NCBI RefSeq assembly: GCF_963921235.1
Contig: NC_086098.1
Span: forward strand, 6,510,001 to 6,574,000
Length of the DNA: 64,000 bases
Direction: 5' to 3'
Origin: Mobula hypostoma
Lineage: Eukaryota
Position 1 is the first letter of the stretch, and every line of letters starts with the position of its first letter. Position numbers and translations under genes: made by a program. The notes beneath the pieces were generated by a model. That model made no database searches. It was not told the origin of the DNA and was given only the letters and a program-made list of their open reading frames with translations. Below are positions 39,936 to 53,756 of this stretch, piece by piece.

Positions 39936-40476
39936 CTAGCCCATCCATTTCAAGGTTTGACGTGTTGTGCATACAGAGGTGCTCTTTTGCACACCACTGT
40001 GATTATTTGAGTTACTGTCACCTTCCTGTCAGCTTGAACCAGTCTGGCCATTCTCCTCTGACCTCTCTCATTATCAAGGCAGTTTTACCCTCAGAAATGC
40101 CACTCACTGGATATTTTTATTTTGTGTTTCACACCATCCTCTGTAAACTCCAGAGCAAATGTTCCCAACCTGCAGTCCCTGGATCCCTCAGTTAATGGTG
40201 GGAGTCGATGGCATAAAAAAAAGTCTGGGAACCTCTGCTCTAGAGACCGTTGGGTGTGAAAATCCCAGGGGATCAGCAGCTTCCAAGATACTCAAACCAC
40301 CCCATCTGGCACCAACAATCATTCCATGGTCAAAGTAACTTAGATCACATTTCTTCCCCATTCTAATGTTTAGTCTGAACAATAACTGAACCTCTTGACC
40401 ATGTCAGCAGGCTCTTATGCACTGATTGGCTGATTAGACAGTGCAAGTGTATCTAAAAAAGTGTCCACTGAGTGTA
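39936..40476 (-). mobile_element. Tc1/mariner non-autonomous fragment
   Basis: Ends gtgtccactgagtg-TA. MGKKCDLSYFDHGMIVGAR (Tc1-like transposase N-terminus). Related to 5468-5590 and 54655-54940. Confidence 0.75.
40156..40237. mobile_element. hAT (Charlie-type) MITE, 82 bp
   Basis: Imperfect TIRs CAAATGTTCCCAA / CAGAGGTTCCCAG. 8-bp TSD CTCCAGAG (40148-55) / CTCTAGAG (40238-45), matching the NTCTAGAN target typical of Charlie elements. Confidence 0.8.
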
Positions 40477-41435
40477 TCCTAGGCTGTTTTGTTAACTTGC
40501 TTTCACATTAAACACTTGGAGATAATTTAGCCCAATGTAATATCTTGTGTTTTCTGCTCTCCACTGATTTTTGGACCATACATGAAGCATATAATGGGGC
40601 TCCAGTACAACTCATTCTAAGAAGGTCTTGAGTTTCTTGCAGGATGATATAATTTGGCACTTTTCTGCAATGGTTTCCTTTCTTTAAGAATTGACAATTT
40701 CCACATCAAAGCAGGCACTGTAAAAAACTTAGCTTTTATATTAAGAAATTCTACAAAAAACTAGTTGATACAGCCCTGTCTATCACATCCACAAGGAGCA
40801 CTGACGTAGGAAAGCAGCGTGCAGCATCCAGGCCCCGCTATCTTCTCACCTCTGCCTCAAGACCCACACCGTCAGCTTCAGGGACAGTTCCACTCAACCA
40901 TCAGGCTGTTCAACCAGAGGGGATAACATCACTCAACTCCACTCACCCTCAATACTCAACTGTTCTCACAACCTATGGACTCACTTTCAATTACTCCTCA
41001 TCTCATGTTCTTGACATTTATTGTTTATTTGTTTATTGTTATTATCCTTTTGTGTTTGTATTTGCACATTTTGTTGTCCACCTCACTGTGCTTCTTTGTC
41101 CGAATTGTCATGTATGGTTTGTCATTGATTCTACTGTGTTTCTTTGTATCTACTGTGAGAAAATGAATCTCTAGGTAGTATATGGTGATATATATATTTT
41201 TTTTTTGGATAATAAATTTACTTTGAACTTTGAAGTGGTCACAGATCCAATTTTCTCTGAGTATATTAGTGGAAACCCGTCTACAGCGGAGACCTCAAGT
41301 GGATGTTTGGACATTTTCAATATGATGCATCGTCATTCTTCCAGGCTGAAATGCTCTATATTTCCTACTGGATGGAAAGCACATGAGCAGCTAAAAAGCA
41401 GACCCTGAGCCTTCTCCCTGTTTTCCCTTTTATCA

Positions 41436-41745
41436 TAGGGTGGCATAGTAGTGAAGCAATTAACATAGTACTACAGCAGCATTGGTAGCATAGAGGTTGG
41501 CGCACACTTTGCAGTGCAGGCGATCTGGGTTCAATTCCCACCACTGCCTGTAAGGAGTTTTTATGTTCTCCCCGTGAGCACATAGGTTGCCTCCAGGTGC
41601 TCCGATTTCCTCTCACTGTCCAAAGAACTACTGCTTGGTAGGTTAATTGGTCATTGTACATTTTCCCGTGATTAGGCTCGGATTAAATCGGGGGAATACT
41701 GGGTGGGAAGGGCCAGTTCTGCACTGTATCCCACTGAAATGAAAT
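41436..41745 (+). mobile_element. tRNA-derived SINE (V-SINE-like)
   Basis: B-box GGTTCAATTCC at ~41528, followed by a V-domain-like ggagttt...ttctccccgtg...gtgctcc...ccaaaga. A related decayed copy lies at ~52985-53100. Confidence 0.7.
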
Positions 41746-42614
41746 AAAAATATCGGTTTCGCTGATGTTTCAAAAACATACCTTTTTGTTCTTCCATAAC
41801 AAACTGGTGACTATACGAAACTGGAGAGAACAAGAGTGCCTATTTATGATTCAAATTCATGGTGATGAATAAGGATATACAATGCCCTTTCAAACTCTTC
41901 ACTGCAATTTAGCGGATGCACCTTCAAAACATCTCCTGTTGACTTGATAAGTTAAGATGCACTTTGGATATTCAAGAAGAGATCAATAACATAAAATGTG
42001 TAAACCGAGACAGGATTTAATCTCTGAGTGTGAACTCACTGAGGCTTTGAAGCAATTAAGATGCCTGTGTGTGTCTGCAAATCCCTCATTTAGAACTTCT
42101 GGAGCCGGTGCAGTTCACATTTCAGAATTCCATTTTAGCAGAAGGAAACATGACCTGCGATTGTTATGTTGGCGATAATCCACAATGCACTGGGTCACCT
42201 GAGATTCTTATGGCACACCTCTTTTTGAATTAGCCCAGTCTGGTCAATGGGGAAATCGACTGCTCAATAAATATCTTAATTGAACTGCAGATTCAACAAG
42301 ATTGCTGCCGGTCAGGAGCTGACATATACACACTTCTATAAATGACGGCATTACTGGCAAAATCCAGTCAAAATTACTCAACATAAAATATAGAACCTCG
42401 GCATGTTCTGAAATAATGAGTGAGTAAAAGAAATGCTGAAACGTTGTCACATGTGTTATTAACCCATAGACTGCTGCTCCATTTCATGGTATATTTTGGT
42501 AATGGTTCACGGTATATTTGTTGCTATATTTGTGGGATTTTGAGCAGGGTGACCTGTAGTCAGCAAACATCACCGTGCTCTATTGAAAAAAAATGAGCTT
42601 CTGGACTGTTTCCG

Positions 42615-44160
42615 CCGCCAAGTACATCTTTCCTACTCCTCCACTTTCCATTTTCCGCAGGGATAGCATCCTACGCTACTCTCCCTTGCCGTTCGTCCCT
42701 CCCCACTGATCTCCCTCCTGGCACTTATCCTTGCAAGTGGAACAAGTGCTACAGCTGCTCTTACACCTTCTTTACTACCATTTAGGGCCTTAAGTAATCC
42801 TTCCAGCTGAGGCAACATATCGCCTGTGAGTCTGTGGGGTCATATACAGTATCTGCCCCTGATGTGGCCTCCTGTATATAGGAGAGACCCGACGTAGTTT
42901 GGGAGACTGCTTCACCGAGCACCTACGCTCCATCTGCCAGAAAAAGTGGGATCTCCAGTGGCCACCTACTTCAATTCTACTTCCAATTCCCATTCCGACA
43001 TGTCAGTCCATTGTCTCCTCCACTGCCACGAAGAGGCCACGCTCAGGCTGGAGGAGCAACGCCTTATATTCCATTTGAGTAGCTTCCATCCTGATGGCAT
43101 GAACATCGATTTCTCACACTTCTGATAATTGCCCCACCCCCCCACCATTTCTGTTTCCCCTCTCTTACCTCAGTTCCTTACCTGCCCATCGCCTCCCTCT
43201 GGTGCTGCTCCCCTTTCCCTTTCTTCCATGGTCTTCTGGGGTGTATGGGGTGTCAGGGAGGGGTAGCGCCTCTGGTGGGGGAACATGTCACGTCCTTTTC
43301 AGGGCTGTTGGTCCACCTTTGGTCCCCACCTGGCACTCAGCTCTCACCTGTGGCTCCCCGTAGCTGTTTGCATGCGACAGCGGCCACACCCCGGGCAACG
43401 GCTTCGACAAGCCGGCTAAACCAGGTGAGGGTAGCCGACGGGTCTCAAACCCTCGATGAGATAGGGAGTTGTCTATCCCAGCATGTGAAGACAGACTCCG
43501 GCGGATTGAGTGGACGAGACCAATGGAAGGTCCAACGGTCAAGAAGGCGGTCTCTGCAAGCGTCGTGGAACGTGTAGAGCAGGACAAGACACAGAAGACG
43601 TCCTGGTCATCCACTGCGCCTAGTGCCATCTCCAGCCATCTTGACTCTTGTCTTGCCACTGGATCCAGATGGGAATTGGGAAGAGAGAGTGAGGCTGACG
43701 CTGCGCAACTCTCCCTCACTTAAATCCAAATCACGCGCTAGTCTCAACACCATCATCAAGCCAGCTGGTGGCAAAGTGGCATCAGTGCTGGACTTCGGGG
43801 CAAGAGGTCCCAAGTTTGAATTCGACCGGCTCCCTTGCACGCTCTCCATCCATGCTGGGTTGAGCATTGAGCTAACAACTCAACCTCGTAAAAAGTACTA
43901 AGGGTGACGATGGACAAACCTAAAAAAAAAGAATGGTCCTACCCTCACCTATCAGATTCTCTCTTCTCCAGCCATTTATCTCTTTCCACCAATCAGCTTC
44001 CCAGCTCTTTACTTCACCACTCCACCTCTCCCAGTTCAACCTACCGCCTTGTACTTCTTCTTCCTCTCCCCCAGCAGTCCTGATGAAGGGTCTTGGTCTG
44101 AAACATTACCCTTTTCCATAGATGCTGCCTGCTCTGCTGAGTTCTTCCTGCATTTTATAT
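42615..44160 (+). mobile_element. Penelope-like 3' part (GIY-YIG plus terminal repeat), interrupted at 43234-43932
   Basis: GVIY..C..CGLLYIGETRRSLGDCFTEHL. Aligns with 4630-5460. Resumes at 43933. Confidence 0.85.
43763..43932 (+). mobile_element. tRNA-derived SINE
   Basis: A-box-like TGGCAAAGTGG, B-box-like GTTTGAATTC, A-rich end. Confidence 0.5.
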
Positions 44161-44202
44161 ATACTGTCTGGACTGTTTCGATGACTTTGTGATTTGGTCA
44201 TT

Positions 44203-45368
44203 TATAGAAACATAAAAAACCTGCAGCATAATACAGGCCCTTTGCCCTTTGGCCCACAGAGTTGTGCCAAACATGTCCCTACCTTAAAATTGCTAGGGTT
44301 ACCCATAGCCCTCTATTTTTCTAAGCTCCATGTACCTATCCAAAAGTCTCTTAAAAGACCTTATCGTATCCGCCTCCACCACCGTTGCCAGCAGCCCATT
44401 CCACACACTCACCACTCTCTGCATAAAAAACTTACCCCTGACATCTCCTCTGTACCTACTCCCAAGCACCTTAAACCTGTCCTCTCTTGTGGCAGCCAAT
44501 TCAGTCCTGGGAAAAAGCCTCTGACTATCCACACAATCAATGCCTCTCATCATCTTGTACACCTCTATCAGGTCACCTCTCATCCTCCGTCGCTCCAAGG
44601 AGAAAAGGCCGAGTTCACTCAACCTATTCTCATAAGGCGTGCTCCCCAATCCACGCAACATCCTTGTAGATCTCCTCCGCACCCTTTCTATGGTTTCCAC
44701 ATCCTTCCTGTAGTGAGGCGACCACAACTGAGCACAGTACTCCAAGTGGGGTCATATATAGCTGCAACATTACTTCTCGGCTCCTAAATTGAATTCCATG
44801 ATTGATGAAGGCCAATGCACCGTATGCCTTCTTAACCACAGAGTCAACCTGCGCAGCAGCTTTGAGTGTCCTATGGACTCGAACCCCAAGATCCCTCTGA
44901 TCGTTCACACTGCCAAGAGTCTTACCATTAATACTATATTCTGCCATCATATTTGACCTACCAAAATGAACCACTTTACATTTATCTGGGTTGAACTCCA
45001 TCTGCCACTTCTCAGCCCAGTTTTGCAACTTATCAATGTCCCATTGTAACCTCTGACAGCCCTCCACACTATCCACAACACCCCCAACCTTTGTGTCATC
45101 AGCAAATTTACTAACCCATCCCTTCAATTCCTCATCCAGGTCATTTATAAAAATCACGAAGAGAAGGGATCCCAGAATAGATCCCTGAGACACACCACTG
45201 ATCACCTACCTGAATGCAGAATATGAACTAATACAACTACTCTTTGCCTTCTGTGGGCAAGCCAGTTCTGGATCCACAAAGCAAGGTCCCCTTGGATCCC
45301 ATGCCTCCTTACTTTCTCAATAAGCCTTACCTTATCGAATGCCTTGGTGAAATCCATATACACTACAT
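44203..45368 (-). mobile_element. CR1 LINE 3' part
   Basis: ORFs 44630 and 44299: GVSQGSILG, KFADDTKVGG, RMRGDLIEVYK. Confidence 0.93.
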
Positions 45369-46384
45369 TTATATTGTGTTGTTCTCTCCTTTTTTTTTGC
45401 TGTTTGTGCAATTTGTTCCTTTTTTTTTACGCATTGGGAATTTGATTTTTTTTTGAGCAGGTTCCATTGTTTTCCTTGTTTCGGGGCTGTCTGTGGGAAG
45501 ACAGATCTCAGGGTGTATACTGCATAATAAATGTACTTTGAATATGCGATTTGACATTGGTTGATGTGAATATTCATGTTAGGTGACAAGGGACAGGCGC
45601 AGTCCAGGCCTCTACTCCACACTCGAGAACCGGTAATGGAGATGGGTGATGAAGGACATTCACAAATGAGACTTCCGCTCTGTGCTTGAAAGACAGCGAC
45701 GTGTTCTGCTTCTGCCAGTGACCAGGTTTCCTTCTAAGCAGGAAGCTCAAGGACCATTGAATCAGCAAGCACAGAGTTCGATCCCGGCGTCTGGGGTCCC
45801 GGGAGTCGAAACTGAAGATTGGAGTTCGAAAGCTGATCGGTCGTCAGATGTCGAAGTCCAAAAGCCAGAGCCTGGAGACTGGAGGCTTGAGTTAGGTGGA
45901 AAGGAGGGAAAGGAGGGAAAGGGGTTTGTTTTACTGTTGTCATTTCGGTGTTTGATGTGTTCTGAGGACATCCTGTGTTGGCGCTGGAATGTGTGATGCA
46001 TATCCCAGCATAGCCCAGTTATATTGGTTATTCACACATACAACATGTATGTTTCAATGTACGTCATAAATAAATCTGAAACTGAATCTATTATATTCCC
46101 AACAAAAGAGAGGCTGTGATAATTAGATCATCTTCCTGACCAAGCAAATTGATTCAACAAATGTTTTGAATTCACCTTTGGGAGTCAATTATGACCCTGC
46201 AGCTGTGGCTTGCAACCATCAGGCTCCTGGACGATCTTTCCTCACTTCACCAGCTCCTTGGCTGTGGACTCACTTACAGGGGCTCTACAGTTTGATGTTT
46301 AATTTCTTGAAAAGAGTTCTGTTGTGTTTCTTTGTTTTGTGGCTGCCTGAAGGAAGATGAACCTCAAGTTTGTATACTGTATAA

Positions 46385-47290
46385 AGGATTCAAAGTACAA
46401 AGTATACAACCCTAAGATTCATATTCTCACAAAACAGCCACAAAACAAGGAAAATCAAGAAAGAAAATCATGGAACACCTTCAAAGAAAAAGAAGTTCAA
46501 CAACGTGCGTGGAAAAATCATGCAAACAGCAACAAGAACATCACCCCTCCCTACAAAAAACAAATCGCTCAGACGGCAACAGAACATTAACCAACCCCAA
46601 CCCCACCCCCCACACAAGTGACAACAAGAAAGAACAAGCAAAAACACAGAGTACAGAGCACAAAACTGCAGAGTCTATATTGAGTTCAGCTCAGTGTTCA
46701 CTACCTGCAGGCCACTCCGATTTAAAGTCACCCAAAAATTGCGACAGATAAAGGAATGACCCGAAGCCGAAAAACACACCATAATATGAACTACAGTCCA
46801 ATCCACAAACCACATTGATTAAACCTTATGCCAGCACCATCTTCCAATAATGTCGAGAAGAGAGAGATCATTCAAACATAGTGGCATTGAGTGGGAGGGA
46901 GAGACAGTGAGATTGTCACACGCAGACACCTTTGTCCGGCAACAGCGAACAAGAGGCTGGAAGATGGTGCTGGACACTCTCTCACCTTCCATATTTGTCT
47001 CAATGTTTTCAATCGTCCTCAACACTTTAATCAGCGAGAAATGGAGTAGATCATGGGCTTGCACCCCATCTCCAGACTTCTTGGCCTCAAGGCTGCTTAC
47101 CTCCTGGAACTTTTTCGGAGGCAGCAAAACACCAGATCACTGAATCAGCCTGAAAACAAAGGACAGCTTCAAACTGTAGATCACAGCTTCCAACAGTACC
47201 AGACACATTTAAGAGAAAAAGATGATGTAAAAGAAGTGAAAGAAATAATTTTGTGGACCATCTGGAGAATGTTGCTCGTGGTAGCATCAT
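46385..47290 (-). mobile_element. Non-autonomous retroelement (family of 1240-2035)
   Basis: 46990-47290 aligns with the reverse complement of 1240-1570. Tail ttcaaagtaca at ~46389. Confidence 0.6.
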
Positions 47291-47871
47291 TCACTGGTAT
47301 CACCTTCTTACACACATCAATGATAAATGTACTTTGAACTTCTTTGAAAAATTTCTTGCTACACAACTTGCTATTCAGGTAGACCAAGATTTTCAGGAAA
47401 AAAAAATGATAATTGCCGCTGCCTAGATCAGCTGAATATGTTCGAGTAAGTGTTAATGGATGAAGTAAGCATTGTATAATCTTCCACTTGTGACTGGGGA
47501 AAGCTGGCTAATATCTTTACAATAAAATAAATATTGAGATCACAGCCCCATTTTATATCCATCCCAGCTGTTTGTTCAATTGTCGTATTACAACATAATA
47601 AAACATTTAACAGTCGAGTAGAACACAGCCCTTATGAACACAATGTTGTGCCAACCCACATAGACCCAGGTGGCAGGGTGGAGATACAACTCTACTAAAG
47701 GGGCGGGAGGACACTCCTTCCCTCCACTAACCTGCAGGTCGCCCTTGGGCAAGGCATAGCACCTGCTTAGTCCCAGGATCAGAGTCACCTCAAGCCATGG
47801 GAGCTGGAGGTGGATGGTTGTGTGGGCAATTGGTGCATATCACAAGTCCTGATTATGCGAGCACTGACACT

Positions 47872-49712
47872 TAGAAACACAGAAAACCTACAGCACAATA
47901 CAGGCCTTTCGGCCCACAAAGTTGTGCTGAACATGTCCCTACCTTAAAATTACTAGGGTTACCCATAGCCCTCTATTTTTCTAAGTTTCATTTACCTATC
48001 CAAAAGTCTCTTAAAAGACCGTATCGTACCCGCCTCCACCACCGTTGCTGGCAGCCCATTCCACGCACTCACCACTCTCTGCATAAAAAACTTACCCCTG
48101 ATATCTCCTCTGTACCTACTTCCAAGCACCTTAAACCTGTGCCCTCCTGTGGCAGCCATTTCAGCCCTGGGAAAAAGCCTCTGACTATCCACACAATCAA
48201 TGCCTCTCCTCATCTTGTACACCTCTGTCAGGTCACCTCTCATCCTCCATCACTCCAAGGAGAAAAAGCAGAGTTCACTCAACCTATTCTCATAAGGCAT
48301 GTTCCCTAATCCAGGCAACATCCTTGTAAATCTCTTCTGCACCCTTTCTATGGCTTCCACATCCTTCCTGCAGTGAGCTGACCAGAATTGAGCACAGTAC
48401 TCCAAGTGGGGTCTGACCAGGGTCCTATATAGCTACAACATTACCTCTCAGCTCCTAAATTCAATTCCACAATTGATGAAGGCCAATGCACCATATGCCT
48501 TCTTAACCACAGAGTCAACCTGCACAGCTGCTTTGAGCGTCCTATGGACTCAGACCCCAGATCCCTCTGATCCTCCACACTGCCAAGAGTCTTACCATTA
48601 ATATTATATTCTGCCATCATATTTAACCTATGCACCACTTCACACTTATCTGGGTTGAACTCCATCTGCCTCTTCTCAGCCCTGTTTTACATCCTATTGA
48701 TGTCCCGCTGTAACCTCTGATAGCCCTCCACACTATCCACAACACCCCCAACCCTTGTGTCATCAGCAAACTTACTAACCCTTCCCTCCACTTCCTTATC
48801 CAGGTCATTATAAAAATCACAAAAGGAGAGGGTCCCAGAACAGATCCCTGAGGCACACCACTGGTCACCAACCTCCATGCAGAATATGACCTGTCTATAA
48901 CCACTCTCTGTCTTCTGTGAGCAAGCCAATTCTGGATCCACAAAGCAAGGTCCCCTTGGATCCCATGCCTCCTTACTTTCTCAATAAGCCTTGCATGGGA
49001 TACCTTATCAAATGCCTTGCTGAAATCCATATACACTACATCTACTGCTCTTCCTTCATCAATGTGTTTAGTCACATCCTCAAAAAATTCAGTCAGGCTC
49101 GTAAGGCATGACCTGCCTTTGACAAAGCCATGCTGACTAATCCTAATCATATTATACGTCTCCAAATGTTCATAAATCCTGCCTCTCAGGATCTTCTCCA
49201 TCAACTTACCAACCACTGAAGTAAGACTCACTGATCTATCACTTCCTGGGCTATCTCTACTTCCTTTCGTGAATAAGGGAACAACATCCACAACCCTCCC
49301 ATCCTCCAGAACCTCTCCCATCCCCATTGATATGCATAGATCATCTCCAGAGGCTCAAAAATCTCCTCCCTCGCCTCCCACAGTAGCCTGGGGTACATCT
49401 CGTCGGGTCCCGGTGACTTATCCAACTTGATGCTTTCCAGAAGCTCCAGCACATCTTCAATATCCCTGTTACTATTGGGTGGCCTATAAAAAACACCCAG
49501 TAGATTTATTGACCCCCTCCTGTTCCTAACCTCCAGCCACAGAGACTCCGTAGACAATCCCTCCATGACATCCACCTTTTCTGCAGCTGTGACACTATCT
49601 CTGATCAACAGTGCCACCCCCCACCTCTTTTGCCTCCCTCCCTGTCCTTTCTGAAACAACTGAAACCCAGCACTTGAAGTAACCATTCCTGCCCCTGAGC
49701 CATCCAAGTCTC
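47872..49712 (-). mobile_element. CR1 LINE with internal deletion
   Basis: GVFYRPPN (APE) fused directly to KSPGPD (RT entry) in ORF 49228. RT motifs in ORFs 48623 and 48687. Confidence 0.93.
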
Positions 49713-50989
49713 AAGCAGAAAATCAGACACCAAGCAGAAAATCTCTGGTGTATTAATAATGCATGGGGTCACCCATCTTGTAAAGGCACTGTCCAGATGA
49801 AGGCAATGACAAAACACTTCTGTAGAAAAATTTCCCAAGAATCATCATGTTCACAGAAAGAGCATGATCACTCATATCATACAACATGATGATAAGACCA
49901 CAAGGCCGAAAGATATAGGAGCAGAATTAGGCCATTTGGTCCATCATGGCTGATCCATTTTTTTAACTCTCAGCCACAGTCTCCTAACTTCTCCACATGA
50001 CGCTTCAGGCTCTGACTAATCAAGAATCTATCAACCTCTGCCTTAAATGTACAAAGACTTGATCTCCACAGCTGCCTGTGGCAAAGAATTCCACAGACTC
50101 ACCACTCTTGGACTAAAGAAATTCCTCCTCATCACCATTCTATAAGGACACCCCCCCACTATTTTCAGGCTGTGTCCTCTGGTCTTAGATGATGATGACA
50201 TAAATCTAGCTCATAATTAATCTACCTCTACCCTTCTACTCAGCCAATAACTCTCCATTTTTCTTATAGCCATGTATCTAAGAGTCTCTCACATTTCCCT
50301 AAATGTAAGTTATAAACATGAGAAAATCTGAAAATGCTGGAAATCCAAATCAACACCCACAAAATGCTGAAGGAACTCAACAGGTCAGGCAGCATCTATG
50401 GAGAAGAGTAAACGGTCGACATTTTGCGCAAAGACCCTTCATCAGGACTGGAAAGGAAGGGGGAATAGGCCAATGTAAATTTATTATCAATCTACACACT
50501 TGTCACCATTGAGATTCCGCTTCTTGTAGGATTTATAGCAAATAAATAAATACCATAGAGTCAATGAAAAACTACATACAAACAGAGTCAGCCTCCACAA
50601 ACACCCCTGCCAGTGCTTTCGAGCTTCCCACAACTCTCGGTGTAAATAAAAATCTACTTCTGAAATCTCCCGATCTTTCCTTCACTTACCTGAAACAGAC
50701 ATCCTTTGGTATCTCACCTTAAACAGATGTGCTTTGATAATGGTCATGCTTACCCTGGGATTCAGCTGGTCAGGCAGTATATGTTTCTGCTCCGTTTTCT
50801 GCAGGAGTTGGGGGTTGGGTGTAGGTGGGGGGCGGGGAGAAGTGATGGTTGAGGGTTGATGATCAGGGTGCCATTCTTTTTTGTGTGGAGGGAGGTGCAT
50901 TTGATGTTTCTTTCGGAATGATTTTCATGTTCTTTCATTGAATCGTGGCTATCTGGAGAAGACAAATTTCAGAGTTGTATATGGATATA

Positions 50990-51298
50990 GGCATCCGTTA
51001 GTCTCATGAGACCATGGACTTGCGCCTTGGCAGGTTTCCAGGGCGCAGGCCTGGGCAAGATTGTATGGAAGACCAGCAGTTGCCCATGCTGCAAGTCTCC
51101 CCTCTCTACGCCACCGATGTTGTCCAAGGGAAGGGCATTAGGACCCATTCAGCCATACAGCTTGGCACCAGTGTCATCACAGAGCAATGTGTGGTTAAGT
51201 GCCTTGCTCAAGGACACAACATGCTGCCTCGGCCAAGGCTTGAACTAGCGACCTTCAGATCATCAGACGAACGCCTTAACCACTTGACCACGTGCCAA
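50990..51298 (-). mobile_element. tRNA-derived CORE-like SINE
   Basis: Minus-strand head GGCACGTGGTCAAGTGGTTAAGGCG...AGTTCAAGCC, then the CORE-like GTGTCCTTGAGCAAGGCACTTAAC. Confidence 0.7.
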
Positions 51299-51832
51299 CA
51301 CTGTATATGGATACATGCTTTGAAAATAATGGAACCTTTGTACCTTTTGAACCTCTGTATAAAGGCACTTGTTGTCCATACTGTCCATGCCTCTCATAAT
51401 CTTATACACAGATATCATTGCCTGTCATCCTCCATTGTTCCAAAGAGAAAAAACACGAGATTGCTCAACCCTTCCTCATAAGACAATCAGAAACATATAG
51501 AATTGAAATAGGCTCTCATCTGATTTTATCTGTACCAATGATGATACCTGTATATGCTAGTCCCATTTACACAACTAGACCTCTATTCCTCTGTTTTTCT
51601 TTGCCCATTTCCTGTCCAAACACCTTTTTAAAAATGCTGTGAACATTGTAATTATGGTTGTATTGACAAAACAAAGCAATTTGGAAAAATAAAATAGACG
51701 GCTTACCCAATATCATCCATTTTATACCATTGTAAGACATGGGAGCAAAATTGGGCCATTTGGCCCATCACATAGAGTCCACCATTCTGTCGTGACTGAT
51801 TTATTATTCCTCTCTACCTTCTTCCCTTGACT

Positions 51833-52720
51833 TTTTTGACACTGATCAACAGAAAAGATTCTTTCATGTTAAGTAAGATCAAATTTCTACAAATTGGTCT
51901 CAATTTATCACAATTATTAAGCACAAAGTAATTGATTGCATAATTACTCACCTCTTCTCAAGTCAGTATTCAGTAGATGTACCTTTAGCAGCAATTACAG
52001 CCTCGAGTCTGTGTGGATAGGTCTCTATCAGGTTTGCAAATCTGGACACTGCAATTCTTCCTCATTCTTCTGTACAAAACTGCTCAAGCTCTGTCAGATT
52101 GCATGGGGATTGTACATAACACTGTAACTGGTGAAGCACCTGGGCAACAGTTGTTGTATGCGCAGACTCTCCCATCTCAGCCACCGAAGCTTGTACCTCC
52201 TCCAGAGTTGTTATAGGTCACCTGGTGGCCTCCATCCCTGGTTCTCTTCTTGCACAGTCACTCAGTTTTTGAAGATGGTCTGCTCTAGGGAGATATACAG
52301 CTGTGCTATATTCTTCCCATTTTTTGATAATTAACTTAACTGTACCCTGAGGGATATTCAGTGACTTGGAAATTTTCTTGTACCCATCTCTTGACTTGTG
52401 CTTTTTGTGGATTTGTTTGGAGAGTTCTTATGTTGTTATGGAGTAGTTTTTGCTGGGATATTGACTCACCAGCAGTAGGGCCTTCCAGCTACGGGTGTAT
52501 TTTTACTACAATCAATAGAAACACCTTAACTGCACACAGATGATCTTCATTTAACTAATTATGTGACTTCTGAAACCAATTCTGAAACTAGTGATAATTT
52601 GGTGTGTCATATTAAAGGAGGTGAATACTTATGCAATCAATTATTTTGTGTTTTATATTTGCAATTAATTTGGATCACTTTACAGAGATCTGTTTTCACT
52701 TTGACACAAAAGAGTCTTTG
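51833..52720 (-). mobile_element. Tc1 internally deleted copy with long inverted-repeat remnants
   Basis: 52128-52720 aligns with 59395-59980. 51833-51880 is the approximate reverse complement of 59960-60003. Confidence 0.8.
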
Positions 52721-53184
52721 ATTTTTATGTTTGCACTTTATACCATTGTAAAGCACTTTGAATTACACCATCTGTATGAAAGTGCTCCATAAAGTTATTA
52801 CTGTTATTTTGATTATTATTATTTAACATTTTGTACCCTTTTGTTTCTTTGTGTAAATTGCATGTGAAGTTTATATCACACATCACACATGTGAAGATGT
52901 TGTCCACAAAGGCAAACTCTGACTTCAGTTCTTCACTTATAGTCAAACAAGGAGCAACTAGACATCAAATCCAGAATTAGCTCTTTAGCACAGTGCTTTA
53001 CAGCACAGGTGACTCCGGTTGAATTCCCACCACTGTCTGTAGGAGTTTGTTTCTCCTCATGACTACATACATTTTCCAATACATGTGAAAGTGTCCGATA
53101 TGTTTGTTTTTGATTGCTGATATTTACTCCTGTCATCGCTGAGTCAGACTGCAGGATTCCTGCATTATTGCCAGCTGGTGTGAT

Positions 53185-53700
53185 GTAGAACATGGAAATT
53201 AGAACAGGAACAGGCCCTTTGACCCACAATGTTGAGCTGAGCTAAGTAAATTAGTCATCAAATGCCCAACATAATGTCCACATCCTTTCATTTCTGGCAC
53301 ATTCATTCGCCTGTCAAAGAGCGTCATGAACCACCCTGTGGTATTCGCCATCCAGGCAGCATATTACAGAGACCTAGCACTCCCTGGGTAAAAGCCTTGC
53401 CTCACACATCTCCTTTGAACTTAACGCTCTCACCCTAATTGCATGACCTCTTGATTTAGACATTTTAACCTTGGAAAAATATACTGGCTGTCTGCACTAT
53501 CTATGCCTCTCATAATCTTATAATCCTCTATCAGATCTCCCCTCAACCTCTGCTACCCCAGAGAAAACAACTCAGATTTTTCCAACCTCTCCTTACTGCA
53601 CATGACCTCTAATCCAAGCAGAATCCTGGTAAAGCCCTCCTCTACCCTCTCCAAAGCCTTGACATCTTTCCTAAAACGGGGCGACCAGAAATGAGTGCAT
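53185..53700 (-). mobile_element. Old CR1 3' fragment
   Basis: Degenerate match to the CR1 3' ends elsewhere in the window. Confidence 0.65.
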
Positions 53701-53756
53701 GTGATTCCATTGTTCGTACGAGCTTGGGGTCATCTGTGATATGGAGCATGTCAACA

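Noticed and set aside
41500..41545. tRNA gene (also the tRNA-like head at ~51235-51298)
   Set aside because: These are SINE heads with A/B boxes, no complete cloverleaf, and a SINE body following.
50682..50700. Strong minus-strand donor CAG|GTAAGT
   Set aside because: It lies in degraded CR1-like sequence with no matching acceptor or credible frame.
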